Shown: positions 36,015-48,392, numbered from the whole stretch's first letter. The stretch is DNA of 63,331 nucleotides, filler included, from Globobulimina sp. (GCA_003354225.1; 37 parts of 37 records of this genome joined end to end with filler, not necessarily neighbours in it); one strand, 5' to 3'. Program-made: numbers and translations. Notes: generated from the sequence alone by a model not told the origin.

Positions 36015-36686
36015 GCCCATAAAAGACTCGATACACTGACTGCAAACGCAAGAGTCACCAACGCCAGTGATTATCTACATGATAATGACTGGCGGAAACT
36101 GGTTGTAATACGCGACCCATTGGAGAGGCTACTCAGCGCATATTTGGATAAGTGTGTTGCTCAAAATATGGATTGTTTCAAATACAAAACGGAAATATGG
36201 AACGGTGATATTGCTATTGCCCACAAAAGTAATTTTTCAATATTTGTTAATCATTTTAAACATAAATTGAGTGAATGGGAGAATAGCATTAAACCATATC
36301 ATGCGAAATGGAAAAATGTATTTTCAAATCATTTCAGTCCGCAATATGCATATTGTAATTTGGAAAAAATATCAAAGCTGTTTACAGATATTATATATTA
36401 CCATCATTCGACAATAAATGATGAAACGGAAACGTTTTTGAAATCTTTGAACAATGTGGATATCGAATGGTTCTATAAATGGGGGAAATATAGCAATCAA
36501 ACTCTATTTAATGGGAAACCTATTCATGTGACATCGAAAGATTTGTCAAATGATTTGAAAATTCAAACACGTTTTTACCAACAATACTATGATAATCGAG
36601 AGTATGCTGAAGGTGTAATGAGTTTGTTTGAGAAAGATTATAAATTATTTAATATTCCAAGACCCAGATGGATTGATAATTTTTAG
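36015..36686 (+). CDS. Carbohydrate sulfotransferase-like protein (Sulfotransfer_2), C-terminal part
   Basis: KLVVIRDPLERLLSAYLDK 3'-PB motif, NHFSPQ..C, FEKDYKLFNIP. Confidence 0.85.
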   Translation, partial: AHKRLDTLTANARVTNASDYLHDNDWRKLVVIRDPLERLLSAYLDKCVAQNMDCFKYKTEIWNGDIAIAHKSNFSIFVNHFKHKLSEWENSIKPYHAKWKNVFSNHFSPQYAYCNLEKISKLFTDIIYYHHSTINDETETFLKSLNNVDIEWFYKWGKYSNQTLFNGKPIHVTSKDLSNDLKIQTRFYQQYYDNREYAEGVMSLFEKDYKLFNIPRPRWIDNF

Positions 36687-36857
36687 CTAAATGTCTTTTC
36701 ATTTGGATTGAAACCAAACTAATTATCAAATTACATGACATTGTGTTAAGTTTTATAATTATTGTCAATTCCCATAAATTCATGACGGTAATAAAGCAGA
36801 TGTTTATCTATCACCTGCAAATAATACCTTCATACAAGAAAATAAGGGAATATTGTG

Positions 36858-36930
36858 GGGGTACTGGCGCAATCGGAAGCGCGTAACGTTCGCAACGTTA
36901 AGGCACCGGGATCGAAACCCGGGTACTCCA
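36858..36930 (+). tRNA. tRNA-Ala(CGC)
   Basis: Full cloverleaf: GGGGTAC/GTACTCC with G3:U70 Ala identity pair; TAACG-TTCGCAA-CGTTA; CCGGG-ATCGAAA-CCCGG. Confidence 0.95.
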
Positions 36931-37046
36931 TTTCTGTTGGAAATCTATCCAAAAAGTAGTTATTTTTTTGCATGTTAATGGACCAAAATTGAAACAGCTT
37001 CATTATATTCTGTTAACTTTTTTTTTGACTTCTTTATATTCTGTTA

Positions 37047-37253
37047 GGGGTTGTTCTTATATTGCGCAATATAAATTTAGACCTAGGACCTAGGTATATG
37101 GTTATTGCAATTTAGACGTGAGTTGTGGGCTTTTAACGCAAGCTTATTTAGCACAACAATATGGATTACAGACAAGTCTCGAGTTATTGCAATTTATTGC
37201 AATTAAGGATACCTAGGTCCAAATTTATATTGCGCAATATAAGAACAACCCCC
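37047..37253. mobile_element. Tourist/PIF-Harbinger-like MITE
   Basis: ~40-bp TIRs GGGGTTGTTCTTATATTGCGCAATATAAATTT(A/G)GACCTAGG, flanked by TTA on both sides (37044-46 and 37254-56). Confidence 0.8.
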
Positions 37254-37304
37254 TTATCTCTGACTTATGTAAATATAGAAAGGAATGCTCAATGATGCTA
37301 TATG

Positions 37305-37613
37305 TTATTTGTTATGGTTCTGTCTTGTTTTGAATGTTTTCATGTGTTGTTGCATTTCATTCGCACTTTGTATAAAGTGATGATATATTTCTTTATCTTC
37401 TTTTTTAGCCAACATTTTATCAAAACCAGACGCCAAACAACGAAAATTGTCTAAACGCCCATCGTCTAGCTGTTTTTTGCAACTTTTTATGAATATATTC
37501 ACAATATTTTGCAACACTTTTTTTTTGTTTGATTTAACATTTATATCATTTCCATTAATTCCTCGCCATTTTTTAATATATTCTTGTAATTCATTATAAT
37601 GATGACTTGACAT
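37305..37613 (-). CDS. Hypothetical protein (possibly a last exon)
   Basis: 102-aa ORF only. Confidence 0.3.
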   Translation of the reverse strand: MSSHHYNELQEYIKKWRGINGNDINVKSNKKKVLQNIVNIFIKSCKKQLDDGRLDNFRCLASGFDKMLAKKEDKEIYHHFIQSANEMQQHMKTFKTRQNHNK

Positions 37614-37728
37614 TAATGTCTTACATAANNNNNNNNNNNNNNNNNNNNNNNNNNNNNNNNNNNNNNNNNNNNTTAATTAATTAANNNNNNNNNNNNNNNN
37701 NNNNNNNNNNNNNNNNNNNNNNNNNNNN

Positions 37729-38369
37729 CATAGTCATCTGACAGCAAATAATGATAGATGCGGAATAATAGAAAAGACATACAAACCCAGGTCAAATCCC
37801 AACAATAATTTGCCGCCAGCTAACGAAGGACGTAACGACGCTGTTTTCATTGGAGATATATCAGGCTGAACATGGTTAGTTTGTGCACGCGGCAAATTTA
37901 GAGCTGCGTCAAAATGAGTTATTGCAAACACGATGGTACAGCCCGCATTATACTCTGTATTGGCAATGAATTCTTTGTCCATTTGTTTAATGGCTGCGAT
38001 GATATCTTCATTGTTTTCAAGATCCTGCAAATCGTTTAATAGTTCATAGAGATGGTCAGCGACAAATTTTGAAGCATCGGCACCGTTGTGGCCATCAAAT
38101 ATGCCAAATAAACTATAATTTGGATGTTTGGAGAATTCAAATTGACAGAGATGGTCATCTTCCATCCTCCTTCTTTCTCCTTTAACCGCACATACAGACA
38201 CTTTGAATTGTCGATTAAAATACCGCTCATAATGTTTGGTATGAACGAATGTAAAATTCGTGTCCTTTGTTTTTTGCGCAGAAACGATATGTTCAGATTC
38301 TGGGGTTGAATCGCCTAACGTCGGTAGTTCGAATGGAACATCTTCTGCTGATGTACAACAAGCGCCCAT
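37729..38369 (-). CDS. Protein phosphatase 2C, N-terminal part, predicted N-acylation (MGACC)
   Basis: GERRRMEDDH, FGIFDGHNG, AGCTIV. Confidence 0.92.
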
Positions 38370-38414
38370 TGTTTAATAGATTTTGGAAGCTAGATTTGTT
38401 TTGTCGTAGTAACC

Positions 38415-39342
38415 ATGGCACAGTTTCCGCCGAAAAGATATAAAAAGGTAATTGCAGGATTACTTATTACTGGAATTGGAATTGTTGGAATTGGCTCATA
38501 TTCTGTGTACAGTTTATTGTCTACGATGTATAATAGTATCAAAGCCGTGGAACCCGACAAGGAAATGATTCAGCAACAAGAAGAAAATATGAATAAGAAT
38601 ATCTTATTTCGCACAATACCAGCATTACGAAATAAAATTGCTTGGATATCATTGGGTGACTATCCATCAAAGGTGGATTTAGTCCAAGTGGTCCTTCCCA
38701 AATCTGATAAGCGCATAACAATCGCATTGAAAAGAGAAGATTTAGCGAGTGAATATTATGGTGGTAACAAAATAAGAACATTAGAATACCAGCTCGCATG
38801 CTCTAAAATTCAATTAAAACAACAAGGCGATGGCAAGTTGGCTTCATTGGGCGGTGGCGGCTCAAATCAAATTGTGGCAGCTGCGGTTTTTTGCAGTCAA
38901 CATAATATCCCTTGTATTCAAGTTCCATTTGCCGACGAAGCTGCGTCCTTTGATAATGGCATTAATTTCATTTCATTTATGTCATTTTCATATTTTGATA
39001 AAGCTCTCTTCACATTGCCGACATTCACTTTTTTGTTTGAATTATATAAAATATTTAAATCAAATAATTTGATTGCAATGCCAGGCGGTGCCAATGTTAC
39101 CGGTGCATTGGGCCATGTTCATGCGATCTTGGAATTGGTGGATCAGATTAAAAAAAAAGAAATTAAAGCACCGAAGCATATTTTTTTAGCGTTAGGCTCA
39201 AGCTGCACTACAAGCGGTTTAATTGCCGGATTGGCACTGATCCGAAAGTTAAATGTTGGCACTGAATTATATGAATGTGTTATAAATGCGGTTGGTATTC
39301 ATCCTGCGGGGCATTCTATGTTTGGCCCAGCAGGGAATCGAC
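38415..39342 (+). CDS. PLP-dependent D-cysteine desulfhydrase/ACC deaminase family protein with N-terminal TM anchor; 3' truncated
   Basis: KREDL...GGNKIRTLEY, GGGGSNQ, PGGANVTGALGH, ALGSSCTTSGL. Confidence 0.85.
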
Positions 39343-39619
39343 NNNNNNNNNNNNNNNNNNNNNNNNNNNNNNNNNNNNNNNNNNNNTTAATTAATTAANN
39401 NNNNNNNNNNNNNNNNNNNNNNNNNNNNNNNNNNNNNNNNNNATTGTAATCTTGTTTTGTTATTACGCTTTTCGAAAAGGAAAAGATAATCCAGATTCCA
39501 CAATTTTAGTAATTTCATCTTTTTTGCAATATCATTACTTTTCGAAAAGCGTAGTAAGGAAAAATAATATATAAATCATTACTACACAAGAATAATATCA
39601 AAGACTACAACGGAAAAAT

Positions 39620-41056
39620 TTATGAATACAACTTTTTAAATGTGTTTGTTTTGCTGAACCGAGCCAAACTGTCAGAAGACAATAAATGCATTATTTCAGC
39701 TACAGCTTCATCAATACATTGCACATAATTTAGAACCGTTTCTTTATCCGTTTCTTTTCCCGCCACATTTAACATTTTAGCTCTTGTCGTATATGATACA
39801 TTTATGATATATGCAGCTCCATTGCTTATATATCGATCAATGATATATTTATAACTCATATCCGTCGTTTGCATATTACTTATTTTATATGGAAATTGCA
39901 GCACATTGCCAACCTCGTCGCTGTTAATAAATCCCTTTTCAACACATTGTCCTTTAAATTTCATCGCTTCGTATAAAAACAATAAATTCTCGATCGAAAA
40001 CTGCACAAAAATCATAAAATTAAAAATCAATGAAAAATATAACATAACTTCCTTAACCAAATGAACTGCGAATAATTCAAAGGCATCCACATTTTGCAAG
40101 ATCTCAGTCAATGACAAAGGTGTCACAGTTCCAATGACACTTTCATGCATTCGTAGTTTATATTTATTAATCACATAATGTGTCATAATAAACACAGCCA
40201 CGGTGCCTTCTATACTTATCATAATATGACGCAATAATGTCTGCAATGCAAGCTCTGAAACTACAAACTTACACAACAAGTATGATAACAATGTAACAAC
40301 ACCCAAATATGCTAATAATTTCATCTCGGAATGAAGGAAAAGTTCATCTCTGCATTTACGCACTTTAACTGACACAAAAACGATTGGAATCAACGACATT
40401 CCAACAAAACTAGTATAAAATATATATTCTAAATGAGTACTTTGCAACGATGCTAACAATAAAATAATATCTGTAATGATGACATATGATATCGCCACAT
40501 AATAAATTATTTTATATTGGTTACTTACAGTAATTAAAAAACGATGCAATTTGTACACAGTACGTTTTTGAATATTACTGTATACAAATTACATTATTTA
40601 ATCACTGTACAGTACAATACCTTAAATATACCCATTTTTTGCTTAACGTCCAGTATGATTTTGGTTGAGGAGTTGCAGTATTTGTTAATGGCAAAGCGCT
40701 ATCGGTTGATAACAATGCAGTTTCCCATTGTTTCGAGATTAATTGTAATCCGTTGTTGTAATCAGTAATATAAGAACCATATACGAATATACATCACAAC
40801 CAGACAGAGTTGAGATAGTGGCGAATTTGACATTGGTATTGGATTGTTTTTATGTATTGATGGGGAAATATCTGATAAATCGCCAATGGGCCCGCCTATG
40901 CCTGCCCAGTATACAACACTCAAAACAGCTGCTATGGTTAATTTGGGATAGCGTCTTTTCCAAAATATTCCATGCCGTAATTGCCATATTTCATAGCAGT
41001 AATAAAACGCGATCGGACATACAATAATCCAAAATAGCAATAGAACTGAGCAATAA
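39620..41056 (-). CDS. 7TM-RGS protein; introns ~40524-40621 and 40001-40048; +1 frameshift near 40764 (pseudogene or assembly error)
   Basis: KRRYP and TM helices; RGS: FELFAVHLVKE/FSIENLLF, YISNGAAYIINVSYTTR, DSLARF. Confidence 0.8.
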
Positions 41057-42872
41057 NNNNNNNNNNNNNNNNNNNNNNNNNNNNNNNNNNNNNNNNNNNN
41101 TTAATTAATTAANNNNNNNNNNNNNNNNNNNNNNNNNNNNNNNNNNNNNNNNNNNNGTGCACTTTGCGCAAAAATCGTCAGATATGATAATAGACGTTTT
41201 GCAAACTCTTTGTTGATTTCTACTACAAACACTGTAGTAGAAATACTTACCATGAGATGTAATATGTGGTCAAGGTTTTCAGGGCCATCATTTCAAGAGT
41301 GATCTGAAATAATCTCCTGTTCACCATTGTTTGAGACAGAACTACCTTTAATTTGTAGCAAATTAGTACCTGTACATAATGAACCCAAGGAATTGCCTGC
41401 GCTGCACGACCCTTGGAATTAGTACCTGTACATTTTATTATAATCGCTATTCCTCACCTTTTCTTTTGATTGCCGTTTCTGTACTTTGACATTACACAAA
41501 TTAACTGTTTACAATAATAGTTTAAATAATTAAATAAACACTTCTTTTTTATTTGAAACGTTACAGATACTGCACATTATAAAGGAAATACAAATCGTCC
41601 TAACCCCTGTCAATATTAAACAATTGGAATTAATAGTTCCTCGCAAACTTTCCTTAGCAAAATAAATAATAAACATATAAAAACTAAGGAATAATATGCA
41701 AAAATTGCTCTTCACTTTAACTTCAAACACTCTTTTCGCAACTTTTAAGACCATTTTTCGGTGAAAGCACTCGTCTACTTCTTGCAAAGACGATTTCCCG
41801 CGTATAAAACTAAAAATAAAATAAAAATTAAAAAAATTAAAAAAAAGTTCTCCGTGTGGGGATTGAACACATTTAGATTTATTTTTTTTGTTCGATAATG
41901 TTAGCAGTAGTCATTTATAGTTCATATATGTCGTTTGTGATTCATATTTGATCATTATGTTATCTTTGGTGCAGATAAAATGGCCAAAAATGGTGAAAAA
42001 GTGCACATTTTTTAAAAAATCGTCTGGTGGACAATATTTAAATTTTTCAAAAATAGACGTTTAACATACCATTCGATAGCGCAGGTTAAGGGCTAAAACT
42101 ACACATGAGGAAAAAATTCTACCTTTCTTTGTAGAAGAGTAGTGGACGTCGAAAGTCGACCGATCGGTAAATTTTGTGATCACCTACTCCGATCGACAGA
42201 GTATTTTTCAACAACGAGCTCATATCGGGCGCTCTAAGGTAAACAATGGGACAGAGGGATGCGTGGGGATCATTTTGGTTTTTTTATCGACCGATTTCGA
42301 CAACCCGTTGGTCTGCTAGGCCCGATTTTGTCAAAAATTGAATGTCCAAAAAAATCACTTTTCGGGCACTTATTTCGGTCCAATGTAGTGAATGTCGAAA
42401 AAGGTCCGGAGCGGCATTTTTTTTTTTAAATGTAGCCCGAGACGAGAGGAAGACGATAGGCTAAGGATTGAATCTCTAGCGTGAATATTGAGTGAATGGC
42501 GCACGTTTAAAGAGAGACCAAAAATCGACCATCGAGTTTTCGGGAAATATTGTTTTGCCTTTCCGCCGCCAGGGGTCGCTGTTGGGTGATATATGTTGTG
42601 TTGTGTACCCAATAGGTACCTCTACCCACCCACCAAGTTTCATCCCCCTAGCAATACCCAGTCGTGCAGGAGATAACTTTAGGCTAGGTGGGACATAACA
42701 TATTTTGGCCATATATGCCAGTTGGGCTCCCCCCCTGATTGTTACCAACATGTCAGCTCAGAAGCGGTCGNNNNNNNNNNNNNNNNNNNNNNNNNNNNNN
42801 NNNNNNNNNNNNNNTTAATTAATTAANNNNNNNNNNNNNNNNNNNNNNNNNNNNNNNNNNNNNNNNNNNNTT

Positions 42873-44336
42873 TTAATTGGTATTCCCCGTAGCCACACTA
42901 CTATTATTCCCCTCATATAACTGCTCAGAATCGCTAGCATCGCCGTTATCCCCTTCGCTGTCCTCTTTATCCCCACACAATTCATTCCAAATCAGTTTAG
43001 CATCACTCTTATTTTTAATTATATGCTTTATATTTTTCACCGACGAGATATAAAAATGAAAGGACCATAAACTTGCAATGCCTCGATTTTCAAACGTTTT
43101 CCTATATTTCTCACTCATATTCAGCGAATCCAAAATATTTTGAAATTTAATTTTATCGTTACTATATTTCTTAATTTCCTTTTGAAATAGTTTCTGATCC
43201 AATATATCCATTTTAACCTCACCACTTTTAAAGAAATCCGCGTCAAAAATTTCAGGATCAACCAAGCGAATATCATCGTATTCTTTATCCCGGAACGTTT
43301 TTATATATTTATTGCTCCTCTTTGCACCCAACGATTCCTCAAAAAACCTTTGAAATTCCAGACGGCAAATCGTATCATCATCCATTGATTTAATTTTAAC
43401 ATACTTTGATTTTGATGGTTTTTCCTGAGTTTCAGAGAACGCATTCAAACTTTTCAACGAGAAATGTCGAACATCTTTGACAGGTTTCTTGTCCGTAGCA
43501 TTGAGCGACAGTGACCTTATGATTGGATTTGCATTTAATGTGTTATTTTGCGCTAAAAGCAAAGCATTATTGCCATAAACCACTGATTGATAAATAGCCA
43601 TGGTATGCTCGTCAGGAACGGACTGGATTCGATGAAGTGTGCTCGTGTCATGATCCGCCATTGCTTTCTCCTCTGGCTCTGATAAACAGAATGGATCAGC
43701 AGCAATGTCGACGTCTTGCTTTTCTTCCTCGAATGTAAGCACCGGAGAGTTGATTGCTTGCTTTTGTTTCATGATCTTGCGTAATAAGCAGACGTAGGGC
43801 GTGAATGTTTTCATATGGATGGAAATGTCAATTTGCATATGCATGAGGCCATATTTCGAGGCCAATTGATTTGCGCGCTCCCTTATTAGCTCTGCGTAGT
43901 AAAAGCTATTTTCGGAATTGTTTTTGCGTGTTTCTGTCATTCCGAGTAACAAACACGAACACCTTCTGTTCATTTTGTCATCCAATGTAAGCATACATTT
44001 TTCCAAATAATTTAGGGGCTCAAAGGTATGGATAGAATATGTTAATATTAACCCATTGGCGGAGGAAATGTATTTTAATGTTTCGTTGAAAAATGAGCCA
44101 TTTTCAGGGGTGTCGTAAATGATGGTATCAATGTCCGGTAACTTGTCGCCAATATTAAATGATGCAATTTTATAGGTGATGCCAGTGATAGCTTTATGTT
44201 TTTCGGAAGTGTTGAACCAGTGTGATTTGCCTACATTGGTTCCAATTAATAAGATTTTTTTGCGAGATTTAGCTGTCGTGCTGTTGTGAGTTTCAATCAA
44301 CTCTTTGTCGAGTTTGTTGTAGCCTGAGTTGCCCAT
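42873..44336 (-). CDS. Predicted N-myristoylated protein: degenerate Ras/Rab-like domain plus C-terminal SAM-like helical region
   Basis: MGNSG; KILLIGTNVGKS, IYDTPEN, ANGLILTYSI; KYIKTFRDKEYDDIR. Confidence 0.6.
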   Translation of the reverse strand: MGNSGYNKLDKELIETHNSTTAKSRKKILLIGTNVGKSHWFNTSEKHKAITGITYKIASFNIGDKLPDIDTIIYDTPENGSFFNETLKYISSANGLILTYSIHTFEPLNYLEKCMLTLDDKMNRRCSCLLLGMTETRKNNSENSFYYAELIRERANQLASKYGLMHMQIDISIHMKTFTPYVCLLRKIMKQKQAINSPVLTFEEEKQDVDIAADPFCLSEPEEKAMADHDTSTLHRIQSVPDEHTMAIYQSVVYGNNALLLAQNNTLNANPIIRSLSLNATDKKPVKDVRHFSLKSLNAFSETQEKPSKSKYVKIKSMDDDTICRLEFQRFFEESLGAKRSNKYIKTFRDKEYDDIRLVDPEIFDADFFKSGEVKMDILDQKLFQKEIKKYSNDKIKFQNILDSLNMSEKYRKTFENRGIASLWSFHFYISSVKNIKHIIKNKSDAKLIWNELCGDKEDSEGDNGDASDSEQLYEGNNSSVATGNTN

Positions 44337-44584
44337 TAACCGTAGCGACTAGTTATATTTCTGTTATGTTCATTTTGAAAACAAAAAAACAATGTTTCTG
44401 ACTGGGTAGTTTTGCGGTAGAAACACAATAAACAAATTGTTTTCAAGACTGCATATGGTTTCAATTAATTGTCAGATGACAGATNNNNNNNNNNNNNNNN
44501 NNNNNNNNNNNNNNNNNNNNNNNNNNNNTTAATTAATTAANNNNNNNNNNNNNNNNNNNNNNNNNNNNNNNNNNNNNNNNNNNN

Positions 44585-45511
44585 AACAATATGGCATAAT
44601 CAACGCAACCGACAAAACTGTTTATATCGGAACTGATTATGCAAACATTGTTGGTACAGAAGGAAGAGCCTCCATTTGTATTGGCACACAAAAGACCTAT
44701 AAAACAGGATTGTTTGTCATGGATGCTTCTCATATGTATGCAATCTCAATATAATTAAAAACGTATATTTACTTCAATATAAAATATATATTTATGTCAA
44801 TATAAAAGGCCGTATGGTTGTGGAGTATGGCCCAGTTGGTGGATGACTGATGGTTCTGCATTTCCAAAGATCTTCGAATATGACACAATCGAAGGCATAA
44901 ATTTACGACAAAATGATGAATCTACATTCCATGCCAGAGATAATGAGTGTTCTATGACATCTTTTGCATTGAATACAAGCTATAACCAGCAATTTATGAG
45001 TGGACATTGGAACTATTCGAACCAATCTTGTCACCAAAATCCAGGATGTGCAGTCTCGCCACATAACAGTTCCAATGATAATTTTGGAGATTTATTCAAT
45101 GCCAATGATGGTGGAACATATGTCACGGAAATATATATTGATAGTAGTGACAAAAACGGGTTTATACGGACTTATTTTTGGTCTCGAGATGAAGGGATAC
45201 CGTCAGATTTAATGGATAAAAAACCAAACCCTGCTCTATGGAAATTGCCTTATGCTTATATGCCATTTGTAGGGACAGAAGGAGAGGATGAAGGAACGTG
45301 CGATGTGAGTAATCTTGAGACATATGAACAGCTACGATTTGATTTGTATTATTGTGGCTGGGCAGGTAGTGATCCAACATGGAATACGCAATGTGCATCG
45401 AGCGATATTGCCCCCAATCAAACTTGTCAGGAATTTGTGATGAATAATCCGTCATATTTTAAGGAAGCATATTGGTTGATTAATTATATGGATGTTTATC
45501 AACTAAATTAG
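44585..45511 (+). CDS. GH16 endo-1,3(4)-beta-glucanase (Lam16A-like); intron 44736-44808; 5' truncated
   Basis: GLFVMDASHMPYGCGVWPSWW, catalytic EYDTIE, FNANDGGTY, CGWAG, FKEAYWLIN. Confidence 0.9.
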
Positions 45512-45598
45512 CTCATTGTTTTTATTTATGATAAATAATGTATTTGGACATCTTGCTTAACAAAAACCTAAAATTAACTAACACTCTAACTGTCTAAC

Positions 45599-46063
45599 AT
45601 GTCAGCATCAACAGAGGTTTCTTCTTTATTTATGTTGAATGTGGACCTAAATGAACTGAATGAACCTTACAAATTGGCAAAATGGATCCAAATGTTACCA
45701 AAATATCGCAAATATTATATCACTATGCAAGACAATGAGAAAGTTGATCATTATGCAAATTGTGAACTTCTCTCAGAATTTCTGTATCAAACACAATATT
45801 GCGGTAAACACATACACGATTTAAAAGAAACAGATTTTAGACAACTTTTGGAGATAATTCATGTTGCAAATAATTCATATAATTATAACGACTACATTTG
45901 GATTTGGAAAATAATCGAACATGCTCAAAATATAAAACACAAAAATAATCCGACAAATAAAGCAAATGAGGGACTACCATGGATTCAAAATGAATGGAAA
46001 AAGTTTGAAATTTTGGAACAACATGAATTTATACCAAAAAATGATCCAATTAAGGTACCGTAG
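45599..46063 (+). CDS. Hypothetical protein, probably a first exon
   Basis: 154-aa ORF ending near a GT donor (AAG|GTACC). Confidence 0.4.
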   Translation: MSASTEVSSLFMLNVDLNELNEPYKLAKWIQMLPKYRKYYITMQDNEKVDHYANCELLSEFLYQTQYCGKHIHDLKETDFRQLLEIIHVANNSYNYNDYIWIWKIIEHAQNIKHKNNPTNKANEGLPWIQNEWKKFEILEQHEFIPKNDPIKVP

Positions 46064-46298
46064 CGCAGCAATTTATAAATATATGTATTTATGTCAACAA
46101 ATATTTGTTTGCCTGATATAAAATATATTTGTATTGTCCGTGATACCCGCAACTATAAAAACGTCTGATTTTGTTTTTATTTCTCAATATCATGTACANN
46201 NNNNNNNNNNNNNNNNNNNNNNNNNNNNNNNNNNNNNNNNNNTTAATTAATTAANNNNNNNNNNNNNNNNNNNNNNNNNNNNNNNNNNNNNNNNNNNN

Positions 46299-47673
46299 TT
46301 TGTACGGTTTTGCTGCCCGGCATCACCAAGGTTTTATGCGTGATGCCGCGCTGCAATTTCTTCACATCAATTTGCCACAAATTGGCGCATTTGTTTACGG
46401 CGTGAAAGGAGGACTTGCTGACTGTGCAGGTGTCGTCGGCAAAGGAGGATTTTAACACATCGAAGTTGACATTGCCGATGTGCAATATGCCAGCAATTAG
46501 GCGAAAAATAGAGTGGATGGTTTTATTTGCAAATTGTAAGGTTTTCAAAGCCTCATTGATTTCCTCGAAATCATTCTTGTCGTTGATGCCTGGGACTTGA
46601 ACACAAGAACCTTGCGTACAAATAGTATACGTATCCGGTGCTTTTAATTCTAACTCTTTGCGTAAATTGCGGTCACAGCCTTTGGTCAGCATATAAAAGA
46701 CATGATAATTTCGTTCAGATTCGCCTTGCCGAGACACGCGCACTTTTTCTAATAAATAATTGGTGGTTTTGCCGCCCATCAGTTGCAAATGTTTATTCAT
46801 ATAAATTTCGACGTATTTGCCAAAACGAGAGGAATTATTATTGCGTACAGTTTTGGCATTGCCGAAACCTTCCAAAATGGGGTTTGCATCGAATACTTTG
46901 CGTTCTACGCCGGCCACACTGCCGGCAACGGCCCCTAAATAGGAGAGGCATTGTTTGGTTGCCTCGGTTTTGCCGGCTCCCGATTCGCCGGAGATGACAA
47001 TGGATTGGTTGGGCCCTTTGGGGAACGTCAAGCCTTTATAGGCGGCATCAGCCACCACAAACACATGCGGTGGGACTTGGCGATGTTCTTCCAACGAATT
47101 GCGATATTTGCGAATCATTTTAGGAGTGTATAGATCCAACTGCGTGTAGGGATTGATAGAGATCAAAATGGTGCCAATGGCGCTGTAGATTTTGCCGCTC
47201 TCAAACCGTTTGCGTAGACAATGTAAGATCAAAGGTACGCTCATCTCGTCCAATAAGGTTAAATCGCCCACAATCCGTTGCAACGACGACTTTTTCATTG
47301 AGATTAATTGTCGACGAGAAATGTCACGTTCTTCACCACTCTCTAATTCAACAATTACTTTTTGATTATTATCAGCTGCGCCACTGTCGATTATTCGACC
47401 GGCCACATATACGTCGATTTCATCGGGCACCCACACCCAGTCCGAGGCAAATGCCTTCTCGTCATCGCTCATTAGTTGCAACGGTTTATCCCATGTCGTT
47501 TCTTGCGTTTTGCGATTGAAATAATAAATTAATCCATCTTCTGTTCGTAACTCTTGCCATTCGCTAAATTCCTCTGATTCTATCGCCTTGGCTGATTTCC
47601 ACCAACTGTTTTTTTCTCGTTGTTGTTTTATTTTGTGTTATTTTTGTAATTTACTTAACGGCTGCGAGGACAT
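46299..47673 (-). CDS. Myosin heavy chain with N-terminal WW and SH3-like domains; intron 47606-47659; 3' truncated
   Basis: EWQELRTEDGLIYYFNRKTQETTWDKP (WW); GESGAGKTE, NPILEGFGNAKTVRNNNSSRFGK, YLLEK. Confidence 0.95.
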
Positions 47674-48392
47674 GGTGTCAACTTGAGTTTTTCCAATGTT
47701 TTGATTATCACATTAGACTATGTCAAACTAACGGTTTTGTCGAAAACTTTTGTCGATTGTCGAAGGCCTGTTGAGCATCCTACTGTCACTGTCACTGTCA
47801 GTAATGACTGAAAACAAAATCAAAGGAAAAGATGATTTCCAATTGATACTAGATATTAAGCCGCCTTTAATAGCATACCCAACCATCATATTATGTGTCT
47901 TTAATTTATTATNNNNNNNNNNNNNNNNNNNNNNNNNNNNNNNNNNNNNNNNNNNNTTAATTAATTAANNNNNNNNNNNNNNNNNNNNNNNNNNNNNNNN
48001 NNNNNNNNNNNNCAAGTATAAGTATTTTTGAAAATGGCCGGAAAAATCGATATTTTCGGCAAAATTTTCAGATTTTTAGGAATTTTCGGTCTCAAAAATC
48101 TCGTTTTTCGCCCAAAAATAGCAGAATGACTCAGAATCTTTCTAATAATGCATGTCGAAGTTACATAGTAAAGTCAATTTGACATATTTTATGCTTAGAT
48201 CAGGATCGTCCAAAAATAATATCAAAACTTATGTAGGTACTTAATTTGGCATGTTAGAAATTAGAGAAAAATGCTTGGTTATTAGTATAATATCATCGTT
48301 ATTAGTATTGTAATAGTAGTGAAATTGTACAAATTATAATGAATTACACATCTCTAATCATATTTAGGGTTGAAATTATAATGATATTAATA

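Noticed and set aside
41847..41870. tRNA 3'-end/B-box-like fragment on the minus strand
   Set aside because: No D arm or anticodon arm; too short
41157..42770. Short ORFs and a possible transposon remnant
   Set aside because: No protein motif, TIR pair or TSD could be established; left as non-coding
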